NCBI GenBank assembly: GCA_964016885.1
Contig: OZ024742.1
Coordinates: forward strand, 10,912,001 to 10,976,000
DNA from: Eledone cirrhosa
Taxonomy: Eukaryota
Reading direction: 5' to 3'
DNA length: 64,000 nucleotides
Positions 1 through 13,400 of the stretch are shown here, piece by piece; the stretch's first letter is position 1; each line of letters begins with the position of its first letter. Made by a program: the position numbers and the translations under genes. The notes under the pieces are model-generated. The model ran no database searches and was not told the origin of the DNA. It saw only the letters and a program-made list of their open reading frames with translations.

Positions 1-837
1 CTACAGAGGAGTACTATCTGGTTGTAACAGTTTCTATTGGTATGACAGTGCTACAGAGGAGTACTATCAGGTTGTAACAATTTCTATTAGTATGACAGTG
101 CTACAGAGGAGTACTATCAGGTTGTAACAGGTTCTATTGGTATGACAGTGCTACAGAGGAGTACTATCAGGTTGTAACAGGTTCTATTGGTATGACAGTG
201 CTACAGAGGAGTACTATCAGGTTGTAACAAATTCTATTGGTATGACAGTGCTACAGAGGAGTACTATCAGGTTGTAACAGGTTCTATTGGTATGACAGTG
301 CTACAGAGGAGTACTATCAGGTTGTAACAGTTTCTATTGGTATGACAGTGCTACAGAGGAGTACTATCAGGTTGTAACAGTTTCTATTGGTATGACAGTG
401 CTACAGAGGAGTACTATCAGGTTGTAAAAGTTTCTATTGGTATGACAGTGCTACAAAGGAGTACTATCAGGTTGTAACAGGTTCTATTGGTATGACAGTG
501 CTACAGAGGAGTACTATCAGGTTGTAACAAGTTCTATTGGTATGACAGTGCTACAGAGGAGTACTATCAGGTTGTAACAGGTTCTATTGGTATGACGGTG
601 CTACAGAGGAGTACTATCAGGTTGTAACATGTTCTATTGGTATGACAGTGCTACAGAGGAGTACTATCAGGTTGTAACAAGTTCTATTGGTATGACAGTG
701 ATACAGAGGAGTACTATCAGGTTGTAACAGGTTCTATTGGTATGACAGTTCTACAGAGGAGTACTATCAGGTTGTAACAAGTTCTATTGGTATGACAGTG
801 CTACAGAGGAGTACTATCAGGTTGTAACAGATTCTAT

Positions 838-866
838 TAGTACTCCTCTGTAGCACTGTCATACCA
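838..866 (-). repeat. 29-bp inversion inside one satellite monomer
   Basis: TTCTAT|TAGTACTCCTCTGTAGCACTGTCATACCA|TCAGG is the exact reverse complement of the normal TGGTATGACAGTGCTACAGAGGAGTACTA, with no gain or loss of bases. Confidence 0.97.
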
Positions 867-937
867 TCAGGTTGTAACAAGTTCTATTGGTATGACAGTG
901 CTACAGAGGAGTACTATCAGGTTGTAACAGGTTCTAT

Positions 938-1416
938 TAGTACTCCTCTGTAGGACTGTCATACCAATAGAACCTGTTACAACCTGATAGTACTCCTCTG
1001 TAGCACTGTCATACCAATAGAACTTGTTACAACCTGATGGTATGACAGTGCTACAGAGGAGTACTAATAGAATCTGTTACAAACTGATAGTACTCCTCTG
1101 TAGCACTGTCATACCAATAGAACTTGTTACAACCTGATAGTACTCCTCTGTAGAACTGTCATACTAATAGAATCTGTTACAACCTGATAGTACTCCTCTG
1201 TATCACTGTCATACCAATAGAACTTGTTACAACCTGATAGTACTCCTCTGTAGCACTGTCATACCAATAGAACATGTTACAACCTGATAGTACTCCTCTG
1301 TAGCACCGTCATACCAATAGAACCTGTTACAACCTGATAGTACTCCTCTGTAGCACTGTCATACCAATAGAACTTGTTACAACCTGATAGTACTCCTCTG
1401 TAGGACTGTCATACCA
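938..1416 (-). repeat. 479-bp block of reverse-oriented monomers; inverted duplicate of ~488-938
   Basis: Monomers read on the minus strand. Private variants mirror about position 952 (p<->1904-p): GACGGTG at 594 <-> CACCGTC at 1304, AACATG at 626 <-> CATGTT at 1273, GTGATAC at 698 <-> GTATCAC at 1200. The 838-866 inversion reappears re-inverted at 1038-1066. Confidence 0.95.
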
Positions 1417-4400
1417 TCAGGTTGTAACAAGTTCTATTGGTATGACAGTGCTACAGAGGAGTACTATCAGGTTGTAACAGGTTCTATTTGTATGACAGTG
1501 CTACAGAGGAGTACTATCAGGTTGTAACAAGTTCTATTGGTATGACAGTGCTACAGAGGAGTACTATCAGGTTGTAACAGGTTCTATTGTTATGACAGTG
1601 CTACAGAGGAGTACTATCAGGTTGTAACAAGTTCTATTGGTATGACAGGGCTACAGAGGAGTACTATCAGGTTGTAACATGTCCTATTGGTATGACAGTG
1701 CAACGGAGGAGTACTATCAGGTTGTAACAAGTTCTATTGGTATGACAGTGCTACAGAGGAGTACTATCAGGTTGTAACAAGTTCTATTGGTATGACAGTG
1801 CTACAGAGGAGTACTATCAGGTTGTAACAGGTTCTATTGGTATGACAGTGCTACAGAGGAGTACTATCAGGTTGTAACAAGTTCTATTGATATGACAGTG
1901 CTACAGAGGAGTACTATCAGGTTGTAACAAGTTCTATTGGTATGACAGTGCTACAGAGGAGTACTATCGGGTTGTAACAGGTTCTATTGGTATGACAGTG
2001 CTACAGAGGAGGACTATCGGGTTGTAACAATTTCTATTGGTATGACAGTGCTACAGAGGAGTACTATCAGGTTGTAACAGGTTCTATTGGTATGACAGTG
2101 CTACAGAGGAGTACTATCAGGTTGTAACAAGTTCTATTGATATGACAGTGCTACAGAGGAGTACTATCAGGCTGTAACAAGTTCTATTGATATGACAGTG
2201 TTACAGAGGAGGACTATCAGCTTGTAACAGGTTCTATTGGTATGACAGTGCTACAGATGAGTACTATCAGGTTGTAATAGGTTCTATTGGTATGACAGTG
2301 CTACAGAGGAGTAGTATCAGGTTGTAACAGTTTCTATTGGTATGACAGTGCTACAGAGGAGTACTATCAGGTTGAAACAGGTTCTATTGCTATGACAGTG
2401 CTATAGAGGTGTACTATCAGGTTGTAACAGGTTCTATTGGTATGACAGTTCTACAGAGGAGTACTATCAGGTTGTAACAGTTTCTAATGGTATGACAGTG
2501 CTACAGAGGAGTACTATCAGGTTGTAACAATTTCTATTAGTATGACAGTGCTTCAGAGGAGTACTATCATGTTGTAACAGGTTCTATTGGTATGACAGTG
2601 CTACAGAGGAGTACTATCAGGTTGTAACAGGTTCTATTGGTATGACAGTGCTACAGAGGAGTACTATCAGGTTGTAACAAGTTCTATTGGTATGACAGTG
2701 TTACAGAGGAGTACTATCAGGTTGTAACAGGTTCTATTGGTATGACAGTGCTACAGAGGAGTACTATCAGGTTGTAACAAGTTCTATTGGTATGACAGTG
2801 CTACAGAGGAGTACTATCATGTTGTAACAAGTTCTATTGGTATGACAGTGCTACAGAGGAGTACTATCAGGTTGTAACAAGTTCTATTGGTATGACAGTG
2901 CTACAGAGGAGTACTATCAGGTTGTAACAAGTTATATTGGTATGACAGTGCTACAGAGGAGTACTATCAGGTTGTAACAGGTTCTATTGGTATGACAGTG
3001 CTACAGAGGAGTACTATCAGGTTGTAACAAGTTCTATTGGTATGACAGTGCTACAGAGGAGTACTATCAGGTTGTAACAGGTTCTATTGGTATGACAGTG
3101 CTACAGAGGAGTACTATCAGGTTGTAACAGGTTCTATTGGTATGACAGTACTACAGAGGAGTACTATCAGGTTGTAACAGGTTCTATTGGTATGACAGTG
3201 CTACAGAGGAGTACTATCAGGTTGTAACAGTTTCTATTGGTATGACAGTGCTACAGAGGAGTACTATCAGGTTGTAACAGTTTCTATTGGTATGACAGTG
3301 CTACAGAGGAGTACTATCAGGTTGTAACAGTTTCTATTGGTATGACAGTGCTACAGAGGAGTACTATCAGGTTGTAACAGTTTCTATTGGTATGACAGTG
3401 CTACAGAGGAGTACTATCTGGTTGTAACAGTTTCTATTGGTATGACAGTGCTACAGAGGAGTACTATCAGGTTGTAACAGGTTCTATTGGTATGACAGTG
3501 CTACAGAGAAGTACTATCAAGTTGTAACAAGTTCTATTGGTATGACAGTGCTACAGAGGAGTACTATCAGGTTGTAACAAATTCTATTGGTATGACAGTG
3601 CTACAGAGGAGTACTATCAGGTTGTAACAGTTTCTATTGGTATGACAGTGCTACAGAGGAGTACTATCAGGTTGTAACAATTTCTATTAGTATGACAGTG
3701 CTACAGAGGAGTACTATCAGGTTGTAACAGGTTCTATTGGTATGACAGTGCTACAGAGGAGTACTATCAGGTTGTAACAGGTTCTATTGGTATGACAGTG
3801 CTACAGAGGAGTACTATCAGGTTGTAACAGTTTCTATTGGTATGACAGTGCTACAGAGGAGTGCTATCAGGTTGTAATAGGTTCTATTGGTATGACAGTG
3901 CTACAGAGGAGTACTATCAGGTTGTAACAAGTTCTATTGGTATGACAGTTCTACAGAGGAGTACTATCAGGTTGTAACAAGTTCTATTGGTATGACAGTT
4001 CTACAGAGGAGTACTATCAGGTTGTAACAGTTTCTAATGGTATGACAGTGCTACAGAGGAGTACTATCAGGTTGTAACAGGTTCTATTGGTATGACAGTG
4101 CTACAGAGGAGTACTATCAGTTTGTAACAAGTTCTATTGGTATGACAGTTCTACAGAGGAGTACTATCTGGTTGTAACAAGTTCGATTGGTATGACAGTT
4201 CTACAGAGGAGTACTATCAGGTTGTAACAGTTTCTAATGGTATGACAGTGCTACAGAAGAGTACTATCAGGTTGTAACAGGTTCTATTGGTATGACAGTG
4301 CTACAGGGGAGTACTATCAGGTTGTAACAGGTTCTATTGGTATGACAGTGTTACAGAGGAGTACTTTCATGTTGTAACAAGTTCTATTGGTATGACAGTT

Positions 4401-7400
4401 CTAAAGAAGAGTACTATCAGGTTGTAACAAGTTCTATTGGTATGACAGTTCTACAGAGGAGTACTATCAGGTTGTAACAAGTTCTATTGGTATGACAGTT
4501 CTACAGAGGAGTACTATCAGGTTGTAACAATTTCTATTAGTATGACAGTGCTACAGAGGAGTACTATCAGGTTGTAACAGGTTCTATTGGTATGAGTGCT
4601 ACAGACGAGTACTATCAGGTTGTAACAGGTTCTATTGGTGTGACAGTGCTACAGAGGAGTACTATCAGGTTGTAACCAGTTCTATTGGTATGACAGTGCT
4701 ACAGAGGAGTACTATTAGATTGTAACATGTTCTATTGGTATGACAGTTCTACAGAGGTGTACTATCAGGTTGTAACAGTTTCTATTGGTATGACAGTGCT
4801 ACAGAGGAGTACTATCAGGTTGTAACAGGTTCTATTGGTATGACAGTGGTACAGAGGAGTACTATCAGGTTGTAACAGGTTCTATTGGTATGACAGTGCT
4901 ACAGAGGAGTACTATCAGGTTGTAACAAGTTCTATTGGTATGACAGTGCTACAGAGGAGTACTATCAAGTTGTAACAGGTTCTATTGGTATGACAGTGCT
5001 ACAGAGGAGTACTATCAGGTTGTAACAAGTTCTATTGATATGAAAGAGCTACAGAGGAGTACTATCAGGTTGTAACAAGTTCCATTGATATGACAGTGTT
5101 ACAGAGGAGTACTATCAGCTTGTAACAGGTTCTATTGGTATGACAGTCCTACAGATGAGTACTATCAGGTTCTATTGGTATGACAGTGGTACAGAGGAGT
5201 ACTATCAGGTTGTGACAGGTTCTATTGGTATGACAGTGCTACTAAGGAGTACTATCAGGTTGTAACAGTTTCTATTGGTATGACAGTGCTACAGATGAGT
5301 ACTATCAGGTTGTAACAGGTTCTATTGGTATGACAGTGCTACAGAGGTGTACTATCAGGTTGTAACAGGTTCTATTGGTATGACAGTTCTACAGAGGAGT
5401 ACTATCAGGTTGTAACAGTTTCTAATGGTATGACAGTGCTACAGAGGAGTACTATCAGGTTGTAACAGTTTCTATTGGTATGACAGTGCTACAGAGGAGT
5501 ACTATCAGGTTGTAACAGATTCTATTGGTATGACAGTGCTACAGAGGAGTACTATCAGGTTGTAACAGGTTCTATTGGTATGACAGTGCTACAGAGGAGT
5601 ACTATCAGGTTGTAACAAGTTCTATTGGTATGACAGTTCTAAAGAGGAGTACTATCAGGTTGTAACAAGTGCTATTGGTATGACAGTTCTACAGAGGAGT
5701 ACTATCAGGTTGTAACAAGTTCTATTGGTATGACAGTTCTACAGAGGAGTACTATCAGGTTGTAACAATTTCTATTGGTATGACAGTGCTACAGAGGATT
5801 ACTATCAGGTTGTAACAGGTTCTATTGTTAAGACAGTGCTACAGAGGAGTACTATCAGGTTGTAACAAGTTCTATTGGTATGACAGTGCTACAGAGGAGT
5901 ACTATCAGGTTGTAAAAAGTTCTATTGGTATGACAGTGCTACAGAGGAGTACTATCAGGTTGTAACAAGTTCTATTGGTATGACAGTTCTACAGAGGAGT
6001 ACTATCAGATTGTAAGAGTTTCTGTTGGTATGACAGTGCTACAGAGGAGTACAATCAGGTTGTAACAAGTTCGATTGGTATGACAGTTCTACAGAGGAGT
6101 ACTATCAGGTTGTAACAGTTTCTATTGGTATGACAGTGCTACAGAGGAGTACTATCAGGTTGTAACAGGTTCTATGTGTATGACAGTGCTACAGAGGAGT
6201 ACTATCAGGTTGTAACAGGTTCTATTGGTATGACAGTGCTACAGAGGAGTACTATCAGGTTGTAACAAGTTCTATTGGTATGACAGTGTTACAGAGGAGT
6301 ACTATCAGGTTGTAACAGGTTCTATTGGTATGACAGTGCTACAGAGGAGTACTATCAGGTTGTAACAAGTTCTATTGGTATGACAGTGCTACAGAGGAGT
6401 ACTATCATGTTGTAACAAGTTCTATTGGTATGACAGTGCTACAGAGGAGTACTATCAGGTTGTAACAAGTTCTATTGGTATGACAGTGCTACAGAGGAGT
6501 ACTATCAGGTTGTAACAAGTTATATTGGTATGACAGTGCTACAGAGGAGTACTATCAGGTTGTAACAGGTTCTATTGGTATGACAGTGCTACAGAGGAGT
6601 ACTATCAGGTTGTAACAAGTTCTATTGGTATGACAGTGCTACAGAGGAGTACTATCAGGTTGTAACAGGTTCTATTGGTATGACAGTGCTACAGAGGAGT
6701 ACTATCAGGTTGTAACAGGTTCTATTGGTATGACAGTGCTACAGAGGAGTACTATCAGGTTGTAACAGGTTCTATTGGTATGACAGTGCTACAGAGGAGT
6801 ACTATCAGGTTGTAACAGTTTCTATTGGTATGACAGTGCTACAGAGGAGTACTATCAGGTTGTAACAGTTTCTATTGGTATGACAGTGCTACAGAGGAGT
6901 ACTATCAGGTTGTAACAGTTTCTATTGGTATGACAGTGCTACAGAGGAGTACTATCAGGTTGTAACAGTTTCTATTGGTATGACAGTGCTACAGAGGAGT
7001 ACTATCTGGTTGTAACAGTTTCTATTGGTATGACAGTGCTACAGAGGAGTACTATCAGGTTGTAACAGGTTCTATTGGTATGACAGTGCTACAGAGGAGT
7101 ACTATCAGGTTGTAACAAGTTCTATTGGTATGACAGTGCTACAGAGAAGTACTATCAAGTTGTAACAAGTTCTATTGGTATGACAGTGCTACAGAGGAGT
7201 ACTATCAGGTTGTAACAAATTCTATTGGTATGACAGTGCTACAGAGGAGTACTATCAGGTTGTAACAATTTCTATTAGTATGACAGTGCTACAAAGGAGT
7301 ACTATCAGGTTGTAACAGGTTCTATTGGTATGACAGTGCTACAGAGGAGTACTATCAGGTTGTAACAGGTTCTATTGGTATGACAGTGCTACAGAGGAGT

Positions 7401-10400
7401 ACTATCAGGTTGTAACAAGTTCTATTGGTATGACAGTGCTACAGAGGAGTACTATCAGGTTGTAAAAAGTTCTATTGGTATGACAGTGCTACAGAGGAGT
7501 ACTATCAGGTTGTAACAAGTTATATTGGTATGACAGTTCTACAGAGGAGTACTATCAGGTTGTAACAGTTTCTATTGGTATGACAGTGCTACAGAGGAGT
7601 GCTATCAGGTTGTAATAGGTTCTATTGGTATGACAGTGCTACAGAGGAGTACTATCAGGTTGTAACAGGTTCTATTGGTATGACAGTGCTACAGAGGAGT
7701 ACTATCAGGTTGTAACAAGTTCTATTGGTATGACAGTTCTACAGAGGAGTATTATCAGGTTGTAACAAGTTCTATTGGTATGACAGTTCTACAGAGGAGT
7801 ACTATCAGGTTGTAACAGTTTCTAATGGTATGACAGTGCTACAGAGGAGTACTATCAGGTTGTAACAGGTTCTATTGGTATGACAGTGCTACAGAGGAGT
7901 ACTATCAGTTTGTAACAAGTTCTATTGGTATGACAGTTCTACAGAGGAGTACTATCAGGTTGTAACAAGTTCGATTGGTATGACAGTTCTACAGAGGAGT
8001 ACTATCAGGTTGTAACAGTTTCTAATGGTATGACAGTGCTACAGAAGAGTACTATCAGGTTGTAACAGGTTCTATTGGTATGACAGTGCTACAGGGGAGT
8101 ACTATCAGGTTGTAACAGGTTCTATTGGTATGACAGTGTTACAGAGGAGTACTTTCATGTTGTAACAAGTTCTATTGGTATGACAGTTCTAAAGAAGAGT
8201 ACTATCAGGTTGTAACAAGTTCTATTGGTATGACAGTTCTACAGAGGAGTACTATCAGGTTGTAACAAGTTCTATTGGTATGACAGTTCTACAGAGGAGT
8301 ACTATCAGGTTGTAACAATTTCTATTAGTATGACAGTGCTACAGAGGAGTACTATCAGGTTGTAACAGGTTCTATTGGTGTGACAGTGCTACAGAGGAGT
8401 ACTATCAGGTTGTAACCAGTTCTATTGGTATGACAGTGCTACAGAGGAGTACTATTAGATTGTAACATGTTCTATTGGTATGACAGTTCTACAGAGGTGT
8501 ACTATCAGGTTGTAACAGGTTCTATTGGTATGACAGTACTACAGAGGAGTACTATCAGGTTGTAACAGTTTCTATTGGTATGACAGTGCTACAGAGGAGT
8601 ACTATCAGGTTGTAACAGTTTCTATTGGTATGACAGTGCTACAGAGGAGTACTATCAGGTTGTAACAGTTTCTATTGGTATGACAGTGCTACAGAGGAGT
8701 ACTATCAGGTTGTAACAGTTTCTATTGGTATGACAGTGCTACAGAGGAGTACTATCTGGTTGTAACAGTTTCTATTGGTATGACAGTGCTACAGAGGAGT
8801 ACTATCAGGTTGTAACAGGTTCTATTGGTATGACAGTGCTACAGAGGAGTACTATCAGGTTGTAACAAGTTCTATTGGTATGACAGTTCTAAAGAGGATT
8901 ACTATCAGGTTGTAACAGGTTCTATTGTTAAGACAGTGCTACAGAGGAGTACTATCAGGTTGTAACAAGTTCTATTGGTATGACAGTGCTACAGAGGAGT
9001 ACTATCAGGTTGTAAAAAGTTCTATTGGTATGACAGTGCTACAGAGGAGTACTATCAGGTTGTAACAAGTTCTATTGGTATGACAGTTCTACAGAGGAGT
9101 ACTATCAGATTGTAAGAGTTTCTGTTGGTATGACAGTGCTACAGAGGAGTACTATCAGGTTGTAACAAGTTCGATTGGTATGACAGTTCTACAGAGGAGT
9201 ACTATCAGGTTGTAACAGTTTCTATTGGTATGACAGTGCTACAGAGGAGTACTATCAGGTTGTAACAGGTTCTATGTGTATGACAGTGCTACAGAGGAGT
9301 ACTATCAGGTTGTAACAGGTTCTATTGGTATGACAGTGCTACAGAGGAGTACTATCAGGTTGTAACAAGTTCTATTGGTATGACAGTGTTACAGAGGAGT
9401 ACTATCAGGTTGTAACAGGTTCTATTGGTATGACAGTGCTACAGAGGAGTACTATCAGGTTGTAACAAGTTCTATTGGTATGACAGTGCTACAGAGGAGT
9501 ACTATCATGTTGTAACAAGTTCTATTGGTATGACAGTGCTACAGAGGAGTACTATCAGGTTGTAACAAGTTCTATTGGTATGACAGTGCTACAGAGGAGT
9601 ACTATCAGGTTGTAACAAGTTATATTTGTATGACAGTGCTACAGAGGAGTACTATCAGGTTGTAACAGGTTCTATTGGTATGACAGTGCTACAGAGGAGT
9701 ACTATCAGGTTGTAACAAGTTCTATTGGTATGACAGTGCTACAGAGGAGTACTATCAGGTTGTAACAGGTTCTATTGGTATGACAGTGCTACAGAGGAGT
9801 ACTATCAGGTTGTAACAGGTTCTATTGGTATGACAGTACTACAGAGGAGTACTATCAGGTTGTAACAGGTTCTATTGGTATGACAGTGCTACAGAGGAGT
9901 ACTATCAGGTTGTAACAGTTTCTATTGGTATGACAGTGCTACAGAGGAGTACTATCAGGTTGTAACAGTTTCTATTGGTATGACAGTGCTACAGAGGAGT
10001 ACTATCAGGTTGTAACAGTTTCTATTGGTATGACAGTGCTACAGAGGAGTACTATCTGGTTGTAACAGTTTCTATTGGTATGACAGTGCTACAGAGGAGT
10101 ACTATCAGGTTGTAACAAGTTCTATTGGTATGACAGTTCTACAGAGGAGTACTATCAGGTTGTAACAGTTTCTAATGGTATGACAGTGCTACAGAGGAGT
10201 ACTATCAGGTTGTAACAGGTTCTATTGGTATGACAGTGCTACAGAGGAGTACTATCAGTTTGTAACAAGTTCTATTGGTATGACAGTTCTACAGAGGAGT
10301 ACTATCAGGTTGTAACAAGTTCGATTGGTATGACAGTGCTACAGAGGAGTACTATCAGGTTGTAACAGTTTCTAATGGTATGACAGTGCTACAGAAGAGT

Positions 10401-13400
10401 ACTATCAGGTTGTAACAGGTTCTATTGGTATGACAGTGCTACAGGGGAGTACTATCAGGTTGTAACAGGTTCTATTGGTATGACAGTGTTACAGAGGAGT
10501 ACTTTCATGTTGTAACAAGTTCTATTGGTATGACACTTCTAAAGAAGAGTACTATCAGGTTGTAACAAGTTCTATTGGTATGACAGTGCTACAGAGGAGT
10601 ACTATCATGTTGTAACAGTTTCTATTGGTATGACAGTGCTACAGAGGAGTACTATCAGGTTGTAACAGGTTCTATTGGTATGACAGTGCTACAGAGGAGT
10701 ACTATCAGGTTGTAACAGGTTCTATTGGTATGACAGTACTACAGAGGAGTACTATCAGGTTGTAACAGGTTCTATTGGTATGACAGTGCTACAGAGGAGT
10801 ACTATCAGGTTGTAACAGTTTCTATTGGTATGACAGTGCTACAGAGGAGTACTATCAGGTTGTAACAGTTTCTATTGGTATGACAGTGCTACAGAGGAGT
10901 ACTATCAGGTTGTAACAGTTTCTATTGGTATGACAGTGCTACAGAGGAGTACTATCTGGTTGTAACAGTTTCTATTGGTATGACAGTGCTACAGAGGAGT
11001 ACTATCAGGTTGTAACAGGTTCTATTGGTATGACAGTGCTACAGAGGAGTACTATCAGGTTGTAACAAGTTCTATTGGTATGACAGTGCTACAGAGAAGT
11101 ACTATCAAGTTGTAACAAGTTCTATTGGTATGACAGTGCTACAGAGGAGTACTATCAGGTTGTAACAAATTCTATTGGTATGACAGTGCTACAGAGGAGT
11201 ACTATCAGGTTGTAACAGTTTCTATTGGTATGACAGTGCTACAGAGGAGTACTATCAGGTTGTAAGAATTTCTATTAGTATGACAGTGCTACAGAGGAGT
11301 ACTATCAGGTTGTAACAGGTTCTATTGGTATGACAGTGCTACAGAGGAGTACTATCAGGTTGTAACAGGTTCTATTGGTATGACAGTGCTACAGAGGAGT
11401 ACTATCAGGTTGTAACAAGTTCTATTGGTATGACAGTGCTACAGAGGAGTACTATCAGGTTGTAAAAAGTTCTATTGGTATGACAGTGCTACAGAGGAGT
11501 ACTATCAGGTTGTAACAAGTTATATTGGTATGACAGTTCTACACAGGAGTACTATCAGGTTGTAACAGTTTCTATTGGTATGACAGTGCTACAGAGGAGT
11601 GCTATCAGGTTGTAATAGGTTCTATTGGTATGACAGTGCTACAGAGGAGTACTATCAGGTTGTAACAGGTTCTATTGGTATGACAGTGCTACAGAGGAGT
11701 ACTATCAGGTTGTAACAAGTTCTATTGGTATGACAGTTCTACAGAGGAGTACTATCAGGTTGTAACAAGTTCTATTGGTATGACAGTTCTACAGAGGAGT
11801 ACTATCAGGTTGTAACAGTTTCTAATGGTATGACAGTGCTACAGAGGAGTACTATCAGGTTGTAACAGGTTCTATTGGTATGACAGTGCTACAGAGGAGT
11901 ACTATCAGTTTGTAACAAGTTCTATTGGTATGACAGTTCTACAGAGGAGTACTATCAGGTTGTAACAAGTTCGATTGGTATGACAGTTCTACAGAGGAGT
12001 ACTATCAGGTTGTAACAGTTTCTAATGGTATGACAGTGCTACAGAAGAGTACTATCAGGTTGTAACAGGTTCTATTGGTATGACAGTGCTACAGGGGAGT
12101 ACTATCAGGTTGTAACAGGTTCTATTGGTATGACAGTGTTACAGAGGAGTACTTTCATGTTGTAACAAGTTCTATTGGTATGACAGTTCTAAAGAAGAGT
12201 ACTATCAGGTTGTAACAAGTTCTATTGGTATGACAGTTCTACAGAGGAGTACTATCAGGTTGTAACAAGTTCTATTGGTATGACAGTTCTACAGAGGAGT
12301 ACTATCAGGTTGTAACAATTTCTATTAGTATGACAGTGCTACAGAGGAGTACTATCAGGTTGTAACAGGTTCTATTGGTATGAGTGCTACAGACGAGTAC
12401 TATCAGGTTGTAACAGGTTCTATTGGTGTGACAGTGCTACAGAGGAGTACTATCAGGTTGTAACCAGTTCTATTGGTATGACAGTGCTACAGAGGAGTAC
12501 TATTAGATTGTAACATGTTCTATTGGTATGACAGTTCTACAGAGGTGTACTATCAGGTTGTAACAGTTTCTATTGGTATGACAGTGCTACAGAGGAGTAC
12601 TATCAGGCTGTAACAGGTTCTATTGGTATGACAGTGGTACAGAGGAGTACTATCAGGTTGTAACAGGTTCTATTGGTATGACAGTGCTACAGAGGAGTAC
12701 TATCAGGTTGTAACAAGTTCTATTGGTATGACAGTGCTACAGAGGAGTACTATCAAGTTGTAACAGGTTCTATTGGTATGACAGTGCTACAGAGGAGTAC
12801 TATCAGGTTGTAACAAGTTCTATTGATATGAAAGAGCTACAGAGGAGTACTATCAGGTTGTAACAAGTTCCATTGATATGACAGTGTTACAGAGGAGTAC
12901 TATCAGCTTGTAACAGGTTCTATTGGTATGACAGTCCTACAGATGAGTACTATCAGGTTCTATTGGTATGACAGTGGTACAGAGGAGTACTATCAGGTTG
13001 TGACAGGTTCTATTGGTATGACAGTACTACTAAGGAGTACTATCAGGTTGTAACAGTTTCTATTGGTATGACAGTGCTACAGATGAGTACTATCAGGTTG
13101 TAACAGGTTCTATTGGTATGACAGTGCTACAGAGGTGTACTATCAGGTTGTAACAGGTTCTATTGGTATGACAGTTCTACAGAGGAGTACTATCAGGTTG
13201 TAACAGTTTCTAATGGTATGACAGTGCTACAGAGGAGTACTATCAGGTTGTAACAGTTTCTATTGGTATGACAGTGCTACAGAGGAGTACTATCAGGTTG
13301 TAACAGGTTCTATTGGTATGACAGTGCTACAGAGGAGTACTATCAGGTTGTAACAAGTTATATTGGTATGACAGTGCTACAGAGGAGTACTATCAGGTTG

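Noticed and set aside
838-866. Inversions as restriction/ligation artefacts at AGTACT (ScaI) or GTAC (RsaI)
   Set aside because: The breakpoints lie outside those cut positions, and the left breakpoint has no such site.
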